Part shown: piece after piece, positions 18,684-27,830 of the stretch
How the letters are laid out: each line of letters opens with the position of its first letter
Numbering within the stretch: position 1 is the first letter of the stretch
Assembly: GCA_031277335.1 (NCBI GenBank)
Contig: JAITMM010000184.1
Location: forward strand, 2,541-66,540
Direction of reading: 5' to 3'
Length of the DNA stretch: 64,000 nucleotides
Source of the DNA: Tannerella sp.
Lineage (GTDB): Bacteria; Bacteroidota; Bacteroidia; Bacteroidales; Tannerellaceae
Notes under the pieces: model-generated
Told to the model about the DNA's origin: nothing
The model's input: only the letters and a program-made list of their open reading frames with translations
The model's database searches: none
Translations under genes and position numbers: made by a program

Positions 18684-19958
18684 ATGAAGTTAAAATTGAT
18701 TTACCCGAAATGGGCAAAACTACCCGGGCAAACGACCTTTAATCTGCCTCCTCATGGGCCTGTCGTCTTTGCCGCTACGCTGCCTGATTACGTAGATGTC
18801 TCATTTACAGATGAGAATGTAGAAGATATTGACTTTGACGAGGAATGTGATTTGGTGGCAATTTCTATGATGTTGAGCACTCAGGTGAAAAGAGGCTGGG
18901 AAATAGCCGCATTGTATCGTGAACGTGGCAAGCAAGTGATATTCGGAGGGATATCGACGATGTTACATGCCGAAGAAACGGTAGACCATGCAGATTCGGT
19001 CTTCCTCGGCGAAGCCGAAGGACGGATGGAAGAGGTGTTGACGGACTGGAAGAACGGCCAGTTGAAAAAAGTGTACAATTATATGCAAAAATCGCCTGAT
19101 ATTGAATTGATTGGGCCTGCCCGCCGTGACTTATACAAACACAACCTTTATAACCATAAGGGCGTACAGATGGTCGACCTGTTTCATGCTTCGCGCGGCT
19201 GCCGTTTCAGCTGCTATCCTTGCGCCGTGACGTACCTTGGCGGACGTTTGTTCCGGCCGCGTCCGATGGACAGGGTGGTAGAAGAGCTGGCAACGATCGA
19301 CAACAACCGACTGTTTGTCGTCGATAACTCGCTGGCACAAAATAAGGAATGGGAGATGGAGCTCTTCCGCGAAATGATTCCTTTCAAGAAGAAATGGGTA
19401 AGTCATACAATCCAGGACGATCCGGCCGTCCTTGACTTGGCATCCCAGGCCGGCGCCTGGTATGTCTATCAAGCCATCTACGACACCTCAAATTATATCC
19501 GCGAACGCATCAAACGATATCACGACCATGGCATCGGCGTGGAAGGTACGATCCTGATCGGACTGGACAATCAGTCGGAAGACGATATCAAACGTCTGAT
19601 AAACTTTCTGTTGGAGATAAATCTTGACCTGGCGGAATTTACGGTTATGACACCTTTCCCTCATACGAAGGGCTTTGACGACTTCTATCGTCAGGGACGT
19701 ATCTTCGATATGAATTGGGATCACTATAATGCAGGACAAGTAGTCTATCACCCCAAGCAAATGTCGGCCGAAAGGTTGCAGGAACTTTTCCAATATGCGT
19801 GGGATACGTTCTATCATGATGAAAGTCAGGAACAAAAGATGTTTCAGCTCTTTACAAAGGTAGCTCTCAAAGAAATGGCTGATGGCACGTATCGTCCGAG
19901 AAACAGGGAACTGATAAATCAGTCGTTCGGGAAACAGTTGCAGCGGAAAGTGGGGTGA
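18684..19958 (+). CDS. B12-binding-domain radical SAM protein
   Basis: 424 aa. The N-terminal about 140 aa resemble a cobalamin-binding domain. Radical-SAM cluster motif ASRGCRFSCYPC (CxxxCxxC). Confidence 0.9.
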   Translation: MKLKLIYPKWAKLPGQTTFNLPPHGPVVFAATLPDYVDVSFTDENVEDIDFDEECDLVAISMMLSTQVKRGWEIAALYRERGKQVIFGGISTMLHAEETVDHADSVFLGEAEGRMEEVLTDWKNGQLKKVYNYMQKSPDIELIGPARRDLYKHNLYNHKGVQMVDLFHASRGCRFSCYPCAVTYLGGRLFRPRPMDRVVEELATIDNNRLFVVDNSLAQNKEWEMELFREMIPFKKKWVSHTIQDDPAVLDLASQAGAWYVYQAIYDTSNYIRERIKRYHDHGIGVEGTILIGLDNQSEDDIKRLINFLLEINLDLAEFTVMTPFPHTKGFDDFYRQGRIFDMNWDHYNAGQVVYHPKQMSAERLQELFQYAWDTFYHDESQEQKMFQLFTKVALKEMADGTYRPRNRELINQSFGKQLQRKVG

Positions 19959-20017
19959 CGGGATAAAGTTCAAGGTTCAAAGTTCAACTGAGAACTGACA
20001 AATATAAAAAAATATAG

Positions 20018-20962
20018 ATGGGAAAGGAGCAAAAGGTAGCGGTTTTTTATTATACGCAGACAGGACAGGCGCTGGCCATTGTTCGGAAAGTCTGTGAGCC
20101 GCTTGTTGCTGCCGGTGTACAAGTGGTTTATAAAGAGATTATCCCTGAAGAACCGTTCCCTCTTCCTTGGACAAGCCATTCGTTTTTTCAGGCTTTTCCC
20201 GAATCGCGATTAGGCATTCCATGCCAACTTAAGGCATTTGATTTAAGCGATATACAGGATGCCGACCTTGTTATTGTGGCCGGTCAGAGTTGGTATTTGT
20301 CACTTTCGATTCCTCTGCACGGTTTTTTTCATTCGGAAGAAATAAAAGACTACCTGAAAGGACGACGGATCGTCACTGTCGACGGATGCCGCAATATGTG
20401 GGTAATGAAGCAACTCAATACGCGAAAGTATATACATCAAATTGATGCTGAATATGTTGGCTCCATCGTCCTGCAAGACGGTGCGCCAAACCTTATCAGC
20501 GTCATCACGATTATCCGATGGCTGTTTTATAACAAAAAGGAGGCAACGCGCCTACTTCCGGCCGCCGGTGTGTCGGCGGAAGATATCCGGCAGTCAACAC
20601 GTTTCGGAGATATCCTTCTCGAAACGCTTAATAATCAATCATTCGACACTCTGCAACAAAGGCTTATGGAAAAGAATGCGTTGACATTTTTGCCGACAGT
20701 CTATTTCATTGAAAAAAACGGCTACGCACTGTGGGGGCGATGGGCTCGTCTCGTGTTGAAAAAAGGGAATTACAACAGCCCTCGACGCGAATCGCTGCTG
20801 AGGCTTTTTAAATATTATCTGTTTTTCGTACTTTATGCCGTATCGCCCTTTGGCTTAGCGTTTTTCTATCTTACTTATCCTTTCCGCATCGCCGGTCTTC
20901 GAAAAGCCAAAAATGAAATGTGTTACGAATTAGGATATAACGGGAAAATAAAAACTGAATGA
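20018..20962 (+). CDS. Flavodoxin-like protein, candidate DarA-type dialkylresorcinol aromatase
   Basis: 314 aa. N-terminus KVAVFYYTQTGQALAI resembles what I recall of DarA-family N-termini. Hydrophobic C-terminal segment YYLFFVLYAVSPFGLAFFYL. It lies immediately upstream (16 nt) of a DarB-like ketosynthase. The family assignment is from memory and was not searched. Confidence 0.5.
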   Translation: MGKEQKVAVFYYTQTGQALAIVRKVCEPLVAAGVQVVYKEIIPEEPFPLPWTSHSFFQAFPESRLGIPCQLKAFDLSDIQDADLVIVAGQSWYLSLSIPLHGFFHSEEIKDYLKGRRIVTVDGCRNMWVMKQLNTRKYIHQIDAEYVGSIVLQDGAPNLISVITIIRWLFYNKKEATRLLPAAGVSAEDIRQSTRFGDILLETLNNQSFDTLQQRLMEKNALTFLPTVYFIEKNGYALWGRWARLVLKKGNYNSPRRESLLRLFKYYLFFVLYAVSPFGLAFFYLTYPFRIAGLRKAKNEMCYELGYNGKIKTE

Positions 20963-20978
20963 TTGAATCATTGAATAT

Positions 20979-22121
20979 ATGAATAAAGAAGTATACATCA
21001 CCCGCTTATCTGCCTTTCTGCCGAACGGGCCGGTAGAAAATGACGAAATGGAACAATATATCGGGTTCGTCAATCAAAAGTCATCAATAGCCAAGCGTCT
21101 GGTATTGAATAAGAATGGTATAAATCGCCGTTATTATGCCCTTGATAAATCCGGCCGGGTGACGCATACTAACGTCGAGATGGCAGCTCAAGCCGTAGAA
21201 GGGTTACTGTGTGAAGAATATACATTGGATAAAATTGACTTATTAGCCTGTGGCACAGCATCTCCCGAATCAATTATACCATCCCACGGAGTGATGGTAC
21301 ACGGCAGGCTGAAAGGAAGCCGCCAGATGGAAGTCGTGTCGTTTGCAGGCTCATGCTGCACCGGTATGCAGGCGTTGAAATACAGTTACTTGTCATTATT
21401 GACAGGAAACGCGCGTAATGCCGTCAGCGTTGCTTCCGAGCGATTGTCTGCATGGACATACCACAAATATTTCGAAAAAGAATCCGAAATGCTGAATCAA
21501 CTAAGCACCAGACCAATACTGGCTTTTGAAAAAGAATTTTTGCGTTGGATGCTGTCCGATGGAGCAGCTGCATTGTTGCTTCAGGACAAACCGTCAGAAT
21601 CGGGATTATCGTTCCGAATAGATTGGATAGAGTTGACTTCGTATGCAAATGAGATAGAGACATGTATGTATGCTGGGGGCGAAAAGGATGCAACAGGTGA
21701 TCTTGTAGGATGGGCGCAGTTTTCCGAAGCCGAATGGCTGGAAAAATCACTTTTCTCATTGAAGCAGGATACGCGCATTCTCGACGAATATATCGTCAGA
21801 TTAGGCAGTCGTTTCTTACAGGAAATCATTGAGAAACGCCATTTTGACCCGAAAGAGATAGATTGGTTTCTGCCTCATCTTTCATCTATGTACTTTGAAG
21901 ATAAAATTAAGGCGGAGATACGCGAAGCCGGTTATCCGATTTCTGACGATAAGTGGTTTGTCAATTTGCCGGAGATAGGCAATGTGGCTTCGGCGTCTGC
22001 ATTTTTCATGCTTGAAGCATTATCACGTTCAAGCAGTATCAAACGGGGCGATAAAATTCTGATGATGGTGCCCGAAAGCGCCCGTTTCTCGTATGCATAC
22101 GCGCTTATAACTGTCTGCTAA
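20979..22121 (+). CDS. KAS III (FabH)-like ketosynthase, DarB-like
   Basis: 380 aa. N-terminus VYITRLSAFLPNGPVENDEMEQYIG...NGINRRYYALD and a candidate active-site Cys in FAGSCCTGMQALKYS. Confidence 0.85.
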   Translation: MNKEVYITRLSAFLPNGPVENDEMEQYIGFVNQKSSIAKRLVLNKNGINRRYYALDKSGRVTHTNVEMAAQAVEGLLCEEYTLDKIDLLACGTASPESIIPSHGVMVHGRLKGSRQMEVVSFAGSCCTGMQALKYSYLSLLTGNARNAVSVASERLSAWTYHKYFEKESEMLNQLSTRPILAFEKEFLRWMLSDGAAALLLQDKPSESGLSFRIDWIELTSYANEIETCMYAGGEKDATGDLVGWAQFSEAEWLEKSLFSLKQDTRILDEYIVRLGSRFLQEIIEKRHFDPKEIDWFLPHLSSMYFEDKIKAEIREAGYPISDDKWFVNLPEIGNVASASAFFMLEALSRSSSIKRGDKILMMVPESARFSYAYALITVC

Positions 22122-23779
22122 TATTGTTCGAGAGGAGCAGTGGCCAAGGCATACGTTTTAAAACCTCCCGAAAGATTTCTGACGTCATTGAAACCGTTAG
22201 CTTTCAATATCTTCATGGCTAAATATCCTCTCAATCCTACGGCACAGTAAACATAAATCGTTTTGTCGCGCGGCAGTTCGTCAATGCGACTGCGCAAGTC
22301 ATCCACAGGGATATTTATTGAGTTGGCGATAGCCCCTGAGGCATGTTCCGATGGGGTACGCACATCAAGCAACAACGTATCGGAAGGGTCTGCTTCCAGC
22401 ATCTGTCGCCAGGTGATGATAGGCATAATACCGTCTACAATATTTCCGGCCACGTATCCGGCAATTGCTACGGGGTCTTTGGCAGACGAGAAAGGAGGCG
22501 CATAGGCATGTTCCGTCTCTGCAAGATCAAACACAGTGCCTTCATGTTTTATCAGAATGGCGATTTGGTCAATACGCTTATCCACACCGTCGTAACCGAC
22601 GCATTGACCGCCATATATTACCCCGCTTACAGGGTTGAAGGTCAGTTTTATCGTCAACGGCAAGGCGTTGGGATAATAGCCGGCATGCGATGAGGAATGT
22701 GTGGTCGATTCGGCAAATTTAATGCCTGACTGTTTCAACCGTTTGGCTGCCATCCCGGTCGAGGCAACGGCCAAATCGAATATCTTGGCAATGGATGTCC
22801 CTATTGCGCCTTCATAGATTGTCTTGTTGCCGAGCACCATATTATCCGCAACAATCCGCCCCTGACGGTTGGCGGGGTTGGCCAAATAATTGAGCCACGG
22901 CTTGGCCGTCAAAGGATGCGGAAACTCAATCGCGTCTCCTACTGCATATATATCTTGTGCTGAGGTTTGCAGATAATCATCTACCCAAATGCCACCCGTC
23001 TCGCCGATTTTAAGTCCGGCCTCTTTGGCCAGTTTCGTTTCTGGACGGACGCCGATAGAAAGGATCACCATGTCCGTAGTCGTACTATTGCCTGATTTAA
23101 AAAAGACTTCTATCCTTTGGCCTCTCTTTTCAAACCTATCTACGGTTTGTTCAAGGTATAACTTCACTCCTTTTTTTATAAGATGATGATGTACGTGCGA
23201 AGCAATCGAAAAATCGACAGGCGCCATGACTTGATTTCCCATTTCGACTACGGAAACGTCAACTCCTGCATTATGCAGATTCTCAACCATTTCCAAGCCA
23301 ATAAATCCCCCGCCGACAACAACGGCGCTTTTCACGTCGTATGAAGTCAGATGCGCTTTGACGTTGTCGGTGTCGTCCACATTGCGTAAAGTAAAAATTC
23401 CTTCCAAATCAATTCCTTGCAGGGGCGGTTTGACTGGGATTGCACCAGGCGAAAGCAGAAGTTTGTCATACGTTTCGGTATAGGTCGTGCTATCTTTGCG
23501 TCGTATTGTAATTATCTTTGAAACAGTATCAATGGCAATTGCCTCATTTTCAACTCTCACGTCGATTTTGTATCGGATTCCGAAAGATTCGGGCGTCTGC
23601 AAAAACAGTTCATCTCTATCTTTAATCGTACCACCGATATAGTATGGCAGTCCGCAGTTGGCATACGAGATATACTTACCCTTTTCGAGCATAATTATTT
23701 CTGCAAACTCGTCCATTCTTCTAATTCTTGCAGCCGCCGTAGCTCCTCCTGCAACTCCTCCGATAATGATATGCTTCAT
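22118..23779 (-). CDS. CoA-disulfide reductase-type FAD/NAD(P) oxidoreductase fused to a C-terminal rhodanese domain
   Basis: 553 aa. FAD motif IIIGGVAGGATAAA, redox Cys SYANCGLPYYIGG, NAD motif VVVGGGFIGLEMVE, rhodanese loop YVYCAVGLRG. Confidence 0.9.
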   Translation of the reverse strand: MKHIIIGGVAGGATAAARIRRMDEFAEIIMLEKGKYISYANCGLPYYIGGTIKDRDELFLQTPESFGIRYKIDVRVENEAIAIDTVSKIITIRRKDSTTYTETYDKLLLSPGAIPVKPPLQGIDLEGIFTLRNVDDTDNVKAHLTSYDVKSAVVVGGGFIGLEMVENLHNAGVDVSVVEMGNQVMAPVDFSIASHVHHHLIKKGVKLYLEQTVDRFEKRGQRIEVFFKSGNSTTTDMVILSIGVRPETKLAKEAGLKIGETGGIWVDDYLQTSAQDIYAVGDAIEFPHPLTAKPWLNYLANPANRQGRIVADNMVLGNKTIYEGAIGTSIAKIFDLAVASTGMAAKRLKQSGIKFAESTTHSSSHAGYYPNALPLTIKLTFNPVSGVIYGGQCVGYDGVDKRIDQIAILIKHEGTVFDLAETEHAYAPPFSSAKDPVAIAGYVAGNIVDGIMPIITWRQMLEADPSDTLLLDVRTPSEHASGAIANSINIPVDDLRSRIDELPRDKTIYVYCAVGLRGYLAMKILKANGFNDVRNLSGGFKTYALATAPLEQY

Positions 23780-23848
23780 AGTTACAAATTTTTATTTCTC
23801 ATAAATCAAATGTTCTTTTTCCCCGCAAAGAGTGTTTCTTTTTCGGAA

Positions 23849-25555
23849 TTATTCCGCCTGTAAAACCTTGAAGCTCTCGTGATTGAAATGTTGGATATAG
23901 GATTCGATCTTTTGGATTTCGGATTGTCCGAATCTGATATAGACTTCGGCGGAACGGAGGAAAAGGTCGTTGGCGTTGGCGTCTTGGAGCAGCAGGTAGC
24001 CGAAGATGCAATGCGATGCGGCTTCGACAAGGCGGCGGGCGTGAAACTCAATGTATTCACTGTCTTTTGTTTCGGACACTGAGGCGACTATTGTTGCGTA
24101 ATGTTCGGTCATATCCTTCAATTGCTGTTTCAGGCCGTCCAGTTCGGGTTTGTAGTCGAGGGCTTCGTAGCGGCGGATTTGTTCCAGGTAGAGGCCGGTG
24201 GTGACATAGCGGATGGCTGCCACGACTTGCAACTGCGTGGTGCCTTCGTAGATATTGGTGATGCGGGCGTCGCGGTAGAGGCGTTCGCAGGCGTAATCCT
24301 TCATATAGCCGGAGCCACCATGAATCTGGACGGCATCGTTGGCGTTCTGGTTGGCATATTCGCTCGTCATGCCTTTGCCCATCGGGGTGAAGGCGTCGGC
24401 GAGTTTGCTGTAGAGCTTCATCTCCTGACGCTCTTCCGGTTCGAGTTTGCGCTCTTTTGCGATGTCTTCCCACGTCTTGTACATGTCTACGAAACGTGCT
24501 GTCTCATAGAGCATTGTGCGTGAGGCATCCGTCTTGGCGCGCATCAGGGCGAGCATCTCGTAGACGGGTGGAAATTGGATGATGGCCTTGCCGAACTGCT
24601 TGCGTTCCCTTGCAAAGGCGAGCGCCTCGCGACAGGCTGCTTCGCTGATGCCTACCGACTGCGACATGATGCCAAGCCGGGCGCCGTTCATCAACGCCAT
24701 CACATATTTGATAAGTCCCAACTTGCGTTCGCCGCAGAGTTCGACTTTTGTGTTTTTGAAGACCAATTCACATGTAGGAGCGCCTTTGATGCCTAATTTA
24801 TTTTCGATACGGCGCACATCCACACCACCTTGGCGTTTGTCATATATAAACATGGAGAGGCCTCGCGCATCTTTCGTGCCGTCTTCGGAGCGGGCGAGAA
24901 CGAGGTGGATATCGGAATCTCCGTTGGTGATAAAACGCTTTACACCATTGAGATACCAGCAATTGTCTTCTTCGGAGAATGTAGCTTTCAGCATGACGGC
25001 TTGCAGGTCGGAGCCGGCGTCAGGCTCGGTCAGGTCCATCGACATCGTTTCGCCGGCGCAGACGCGCGGGAGATAGCGTTGCTGCTGGTCTTCGTTGCCA
25101 AACTCGTAAAGTGTTACGGCACAGTCCTGTAAGCCCCATATATTTTGAAAACTCGCATCGGCTTGCGATACAAGTTCGGCGGCCATGATATAGGGGACGA
25201 TGGGGAAATTCAGTCCTTCGTAGCGTCGTGGCATAGCCATGCCCATCAATCCTGCCTTGCGGACGGCATCGAGGTTTTGCTGCGTTGCCGATGAGTAGGT
25301 CACGCGTCCGTTGTGGAGCGACGGGCCTTCGTGGTCGACAGACTCTGCATTGGGTTCGATGATTTCGGCGCATATTTCGCCAATGATTTCCAATGCCTTA
25401 TCATAGCTGTCCATCGCATCTTCAAAATCGACGGGAGCATATTCGTATTTGTCTTTGTCTGCAAAGTCACGTTCTTTCAATGCGACGATTCGCGGCATCA
25501 ACGGGTGATGCAGATGGTGTCGGAAACGCGGGTTGTCTAAATAATAATTGGCCAT
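23849..25555 (-). CDS. Acyl-CoA dehydrogenase (long form)
   Basis: 568 aa. The ACAD middle and C-terminal domains are recognisable (TEPDAGSDL, IHGGSGYMKDYACERLYRDARITNIYEGTTQLQ). Confidence 0.9.
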   Translation of the reverse strand: MANYYLDNPRFRHHLHHPLMPRIVALKERDFADKDKYEYAPVDFEDAMDSYDKALEIIGEICAEIIEPNAESVDHEGPSLHNGRVTYSSATQQNLDAVRKAGLMGMAMPRRYEGLNFPIVPYIMAAELVSQADASFQNIWGLQDCAVTLYEFGNEDQQQRYLPRVCAGETMSMDLTEPDAGSDLQAVMLKATFSEEDNCWYLNGVKRFITNGDSDIHLVLARSEDGTKDARGLSMFIYDKRQGGVDVRRIENKLGIKGAPTCELVFKNTKVELCGERKLGLIKYVMALMNGARLGIMSQSVGISEAACREALAFARERKQFGKAIIQFPPVYEMLALMRAKTDASRTMLYETARFVDMYKTWEDIAKERKLEPEERQEMKLYSKLADAFTPMGKGMTSEYANQNANDAVQIHGGSGYMKDYACERLYRDARITNIYEGTTQLQVVAAIRYVTTGLYLEQIRRYEALDYKPELDGLKQQLKDMTEHYATIVASVSETKDSEYIEFHARRLVEAASHCIFGYLLLQDANANDLFLRSAEVYIRFGQSEIQKIESYIQHFNHESFKVLQAE

Positions 25556-25573
25556 ATTTAATAATATAATGTC

Positions 25574-25601
25574 GTAGAGACGTTGCGCGCAACGTCTCTA
25601 C
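25574..25601. repeat. Perfect 28-nt palindrome GTAGAGACGTTGCG/CGCAACGTCTCTAC between etfA and the acyl-CoA dehydrogenase gene
   Basis: Read directly from the sequence. It shares the GTAGAGACG / CGTCTCTAC arms with the hairpin at 12535-12566. Confidence 0.6.
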
Positions 25602-25611
25602 AATAAATTTC

Positions 25612-26679
25612 CTATTTCGTGTTCATTTTATAATATTTGATCATCTTGGGCAGCACGGTTTCGATGGAGCCGGTGATGATGTAATCGGCTATCGTATTGA
25701 TAGGTGCGTGAGGGTCGCTGTTGACCGAGATGATGATCGAACTCTCCTGCATGCCTGCAATATGCTGTATTTGACCCGATATGCCACAGGCGATATACAG
25801 TTTCGGACGAACGGTCACGCCTGTCTGTCCGATCTGGCGTTCATGCTCGATAAAACCGGCGTCGACGGCGGCACGCGAACCGCCAACCTCGGCGCCGATG
25901 GCAGCCGCAAGGTCGTAGAGCAACCGGAAATTCTCCTTGGAACCTACGCCATAGCCGCCTGCGACAATGATGTTGGCCCCTTTGATATTGACCTTGCTCT
26001 TTTCCATCTGCCGGTCTATGATGGTGATTACAAAGTCGGTATCGTTGACATATCCGGTCAGTCCCGGATATTTCTCGGCGTAGCGGATCGTTTCGCCTTT
26101 ATAATTAATGTCGAAGATTTCCTTTTTCATAACGCCTTCGCGGACGGTAGCCATCTGGGGGCGACAGTCGGGATTGACAATCGTAGCGACGATATTGCCT
26201 CCGAAGGCAGGACGTATCTGCATCAAAAGATTGGTATACATCTTTACTTGCGGCGGGGTGCCGGCAGGTTTGCCGGGGGTGATGACTGTTTCCTTGTGGT
26301 CTCCAATCTCCAGGGCGGTGCAATCGGCTGTCAATCCGCTAAATAGAGCTGAAGAGACGCGCGGTCCCAAATCACGCCCTATGCTGGTGGCTCCCATCAA
26401 AGCTATCTGCGGCTTTTCGTCTGCAAAGAGCTTGACTAATATGGAAGTATGCGGCAGCGAAGCATAAGGATACAGGCGGGCGTCATCGAAGAGATGAAGC
26501 ACATCTACTCCGTAGGGGAAGACTTGAGACTCTGTATCAGCCAGTTGATGACCGACGATAACGGCTTCCAGGCGGCAACCCAACGTCGTAGCCAACGAAC
26601 GTCCCTTAGTCAGCAATTCAAGACTTACATCGGTCACGATGCCGTTTTCTATTTCGCAATATACAAATAAATTGTTCAT
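25612..26679 (-). CDS. etfA: Electron transfer flavoprotein, alpha subunit
   Basis: 355 aa. C-terminal FAD-binding motif YIACGISGQIQHIAGM. Confidence 0.9.
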   Translation of the reverse strand: MNNLFVYCEIENGIVTDVSLELLTKGRSLATTLGCRLEAVIVGHQLADTESQVFPYGVDVLHLFDDARLYPYASLPHTSILVKLFADEKPQIALMGATSIGRDLGPRVSSALFSGLTADCTALEIGDHKETVITPGKPAGTPPQVKMYTNLLMQIRPAFGGNIVATIVNPDCRPQMATVREGVMKKEIFDINYKGETIRYAEKYPGLTGYVNDTDFVITIIDRQMEKSKVNIKGANIIVAGGYGVGSKENFRLLYDLAAAIGAEVGGSRAAVDAGFIEHERQIGQTGVTVRPKLYIACGISGQIQHIAGMQESSIIISVNSDPHAPINTIADYIITGSIETVLPKMIKYYKMNTK

Positions 26680-26705
26680 AATTCAAACATTCGGTCAATA
26701 TTGAT

Positions 26706-27644
26706 TCATAATTGGTTATTGTCTATCAACTCCTTCATTAACAGGTTGATGTCGTCGTCGCCTGATGTAAACATCTTGCTCTCCTTTGTTTGAAAAACGA
26801 CATTCTGGATTTTCTTTACCTTGGTAGGCGAACCTGAAAGACCGCATTGCTTGACGTCTGCATTGACATCGGCCACGCTCCATTCATTGAGGTTGAGATA
26901 GGGGCGAAGCGCGAACAGTTCGGCGGTGCGTGCATCCATATCCTTCTTTTCGGAGGCTGTCCGGGCATGTTTGTATTTCATGACAAGGATGGCGTTACGC
27001 GGACGGCAGGCCGGAGCTGAGCCGTTCACAGTGATGACAATCGGCAAGTTTGTTTCGACAATTTCTATGCCGCGTTCGAGGCGTCGCTTGACGGTGATAC
27101 GTTTCGTTGACGAAGAGGAATTTGACGGCCGGTCGGATGCATTTCCGCCTGACGGGCTGTCGGAATCTTTCGCCGATCCGATATTGATGATTTCTTCGGC
27201 ATACGTAATTTGCGCCAAACCAAGCTTTTCGGCCACCTGCGGACCGACCTGCGCCGTATCTCCGTCAATGGCTTGCCTGCCGCAGAGGATCAGGTCGTAG
27301 TCCTTGATTTTACGGATAGCCATGGCTATGGCATACGATGTGGCAAGCGTATCGGCGCCTGCGAAAGAGCGGTCTGTCAGTAGATAACCACCATCGGAAC
27401 CGCGGTATAAGCCTTCGCGGATGATCTCGGCTGCGCGTATCGGCCCCATAGTCAGCAAAGTAACCGTTGTGCCCGGATACAGGTCTTTCAATCGCAATGC
27501 CTGTTCCAGCGCGTTCATATCTTCAGGATTGAAGATGGCCGGCAATGCAGCGCGATTGACTGTCCCGTCTTCTTTCATCGCATCTTTTCCTACGTTGCGC
27601 GTGTCGGGTACTTGTTTAGCCAATACAATAATTTTCAAACTCAT
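26706..27644 (-). CDS. etfB: Electron transfer flavoprotein, beta subunit (with a Ser-rich insertion)
   Basis: 312 aa. N-terminus MSLKIIVLAKQVPD and LILCGRQAIDGDTAQVGPQVAEKLG. Confidence 0.9.
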   Translation of the reverse strand: MSLKIIVLAKQVPDTRNVGKDAMKEDGTVNRAALPAIFNPEDMNALEQALRLKDLYPGTTVTLLTMGPIRAAEIIREGLYRGSDGGYLLTDRSFAGADTLATSYAIAMAIRKIKDYDLILCGRQAIDGDTAQVGPQVAEKLGLAQITYAEEIINIGSAKDSDSPSGGNASDRPSNSSSSTKRITVKRRLERGIEIVETNLPIVITVNGSAPACRPRNAILVMKYKHARTASEKKDMDARTAELFALRPYLNLNEWSVADVNADVKQCGLSGSPTKVKKIQNVVFQTKESKMFTSGDDDINLLMKELIDNNQL

Positions 27645-27752
27645 AATCTGTCAATTTTCAGGTCTGACGTTTCGGGATTGCGGCGCTGCGTTTACGAATT
27701 GCTAAAACCGGCAAACAACGCCCAAATAACGAAACATTTTAAAATTTCGCTG

Positions 27753-27760
27753 CAAAAGTA
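27753..27760 (-). promoter_or_regulatory. Candidate -7 box (TACTTTTG on the minus strand) upstream of etfB
   Basis: The plus-strand sequence is CAAAAGTA. It lies about 105 nt upstream of the etfB ATG at 27644. Confidence 0.35.
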
Positions 27761-27830
27761 CATAAACTTTTTGTAAAACAAACAAGAAGAGTACAAAATA
27801 TTGCACACTTTATGTATTTTTGCGCAAATG

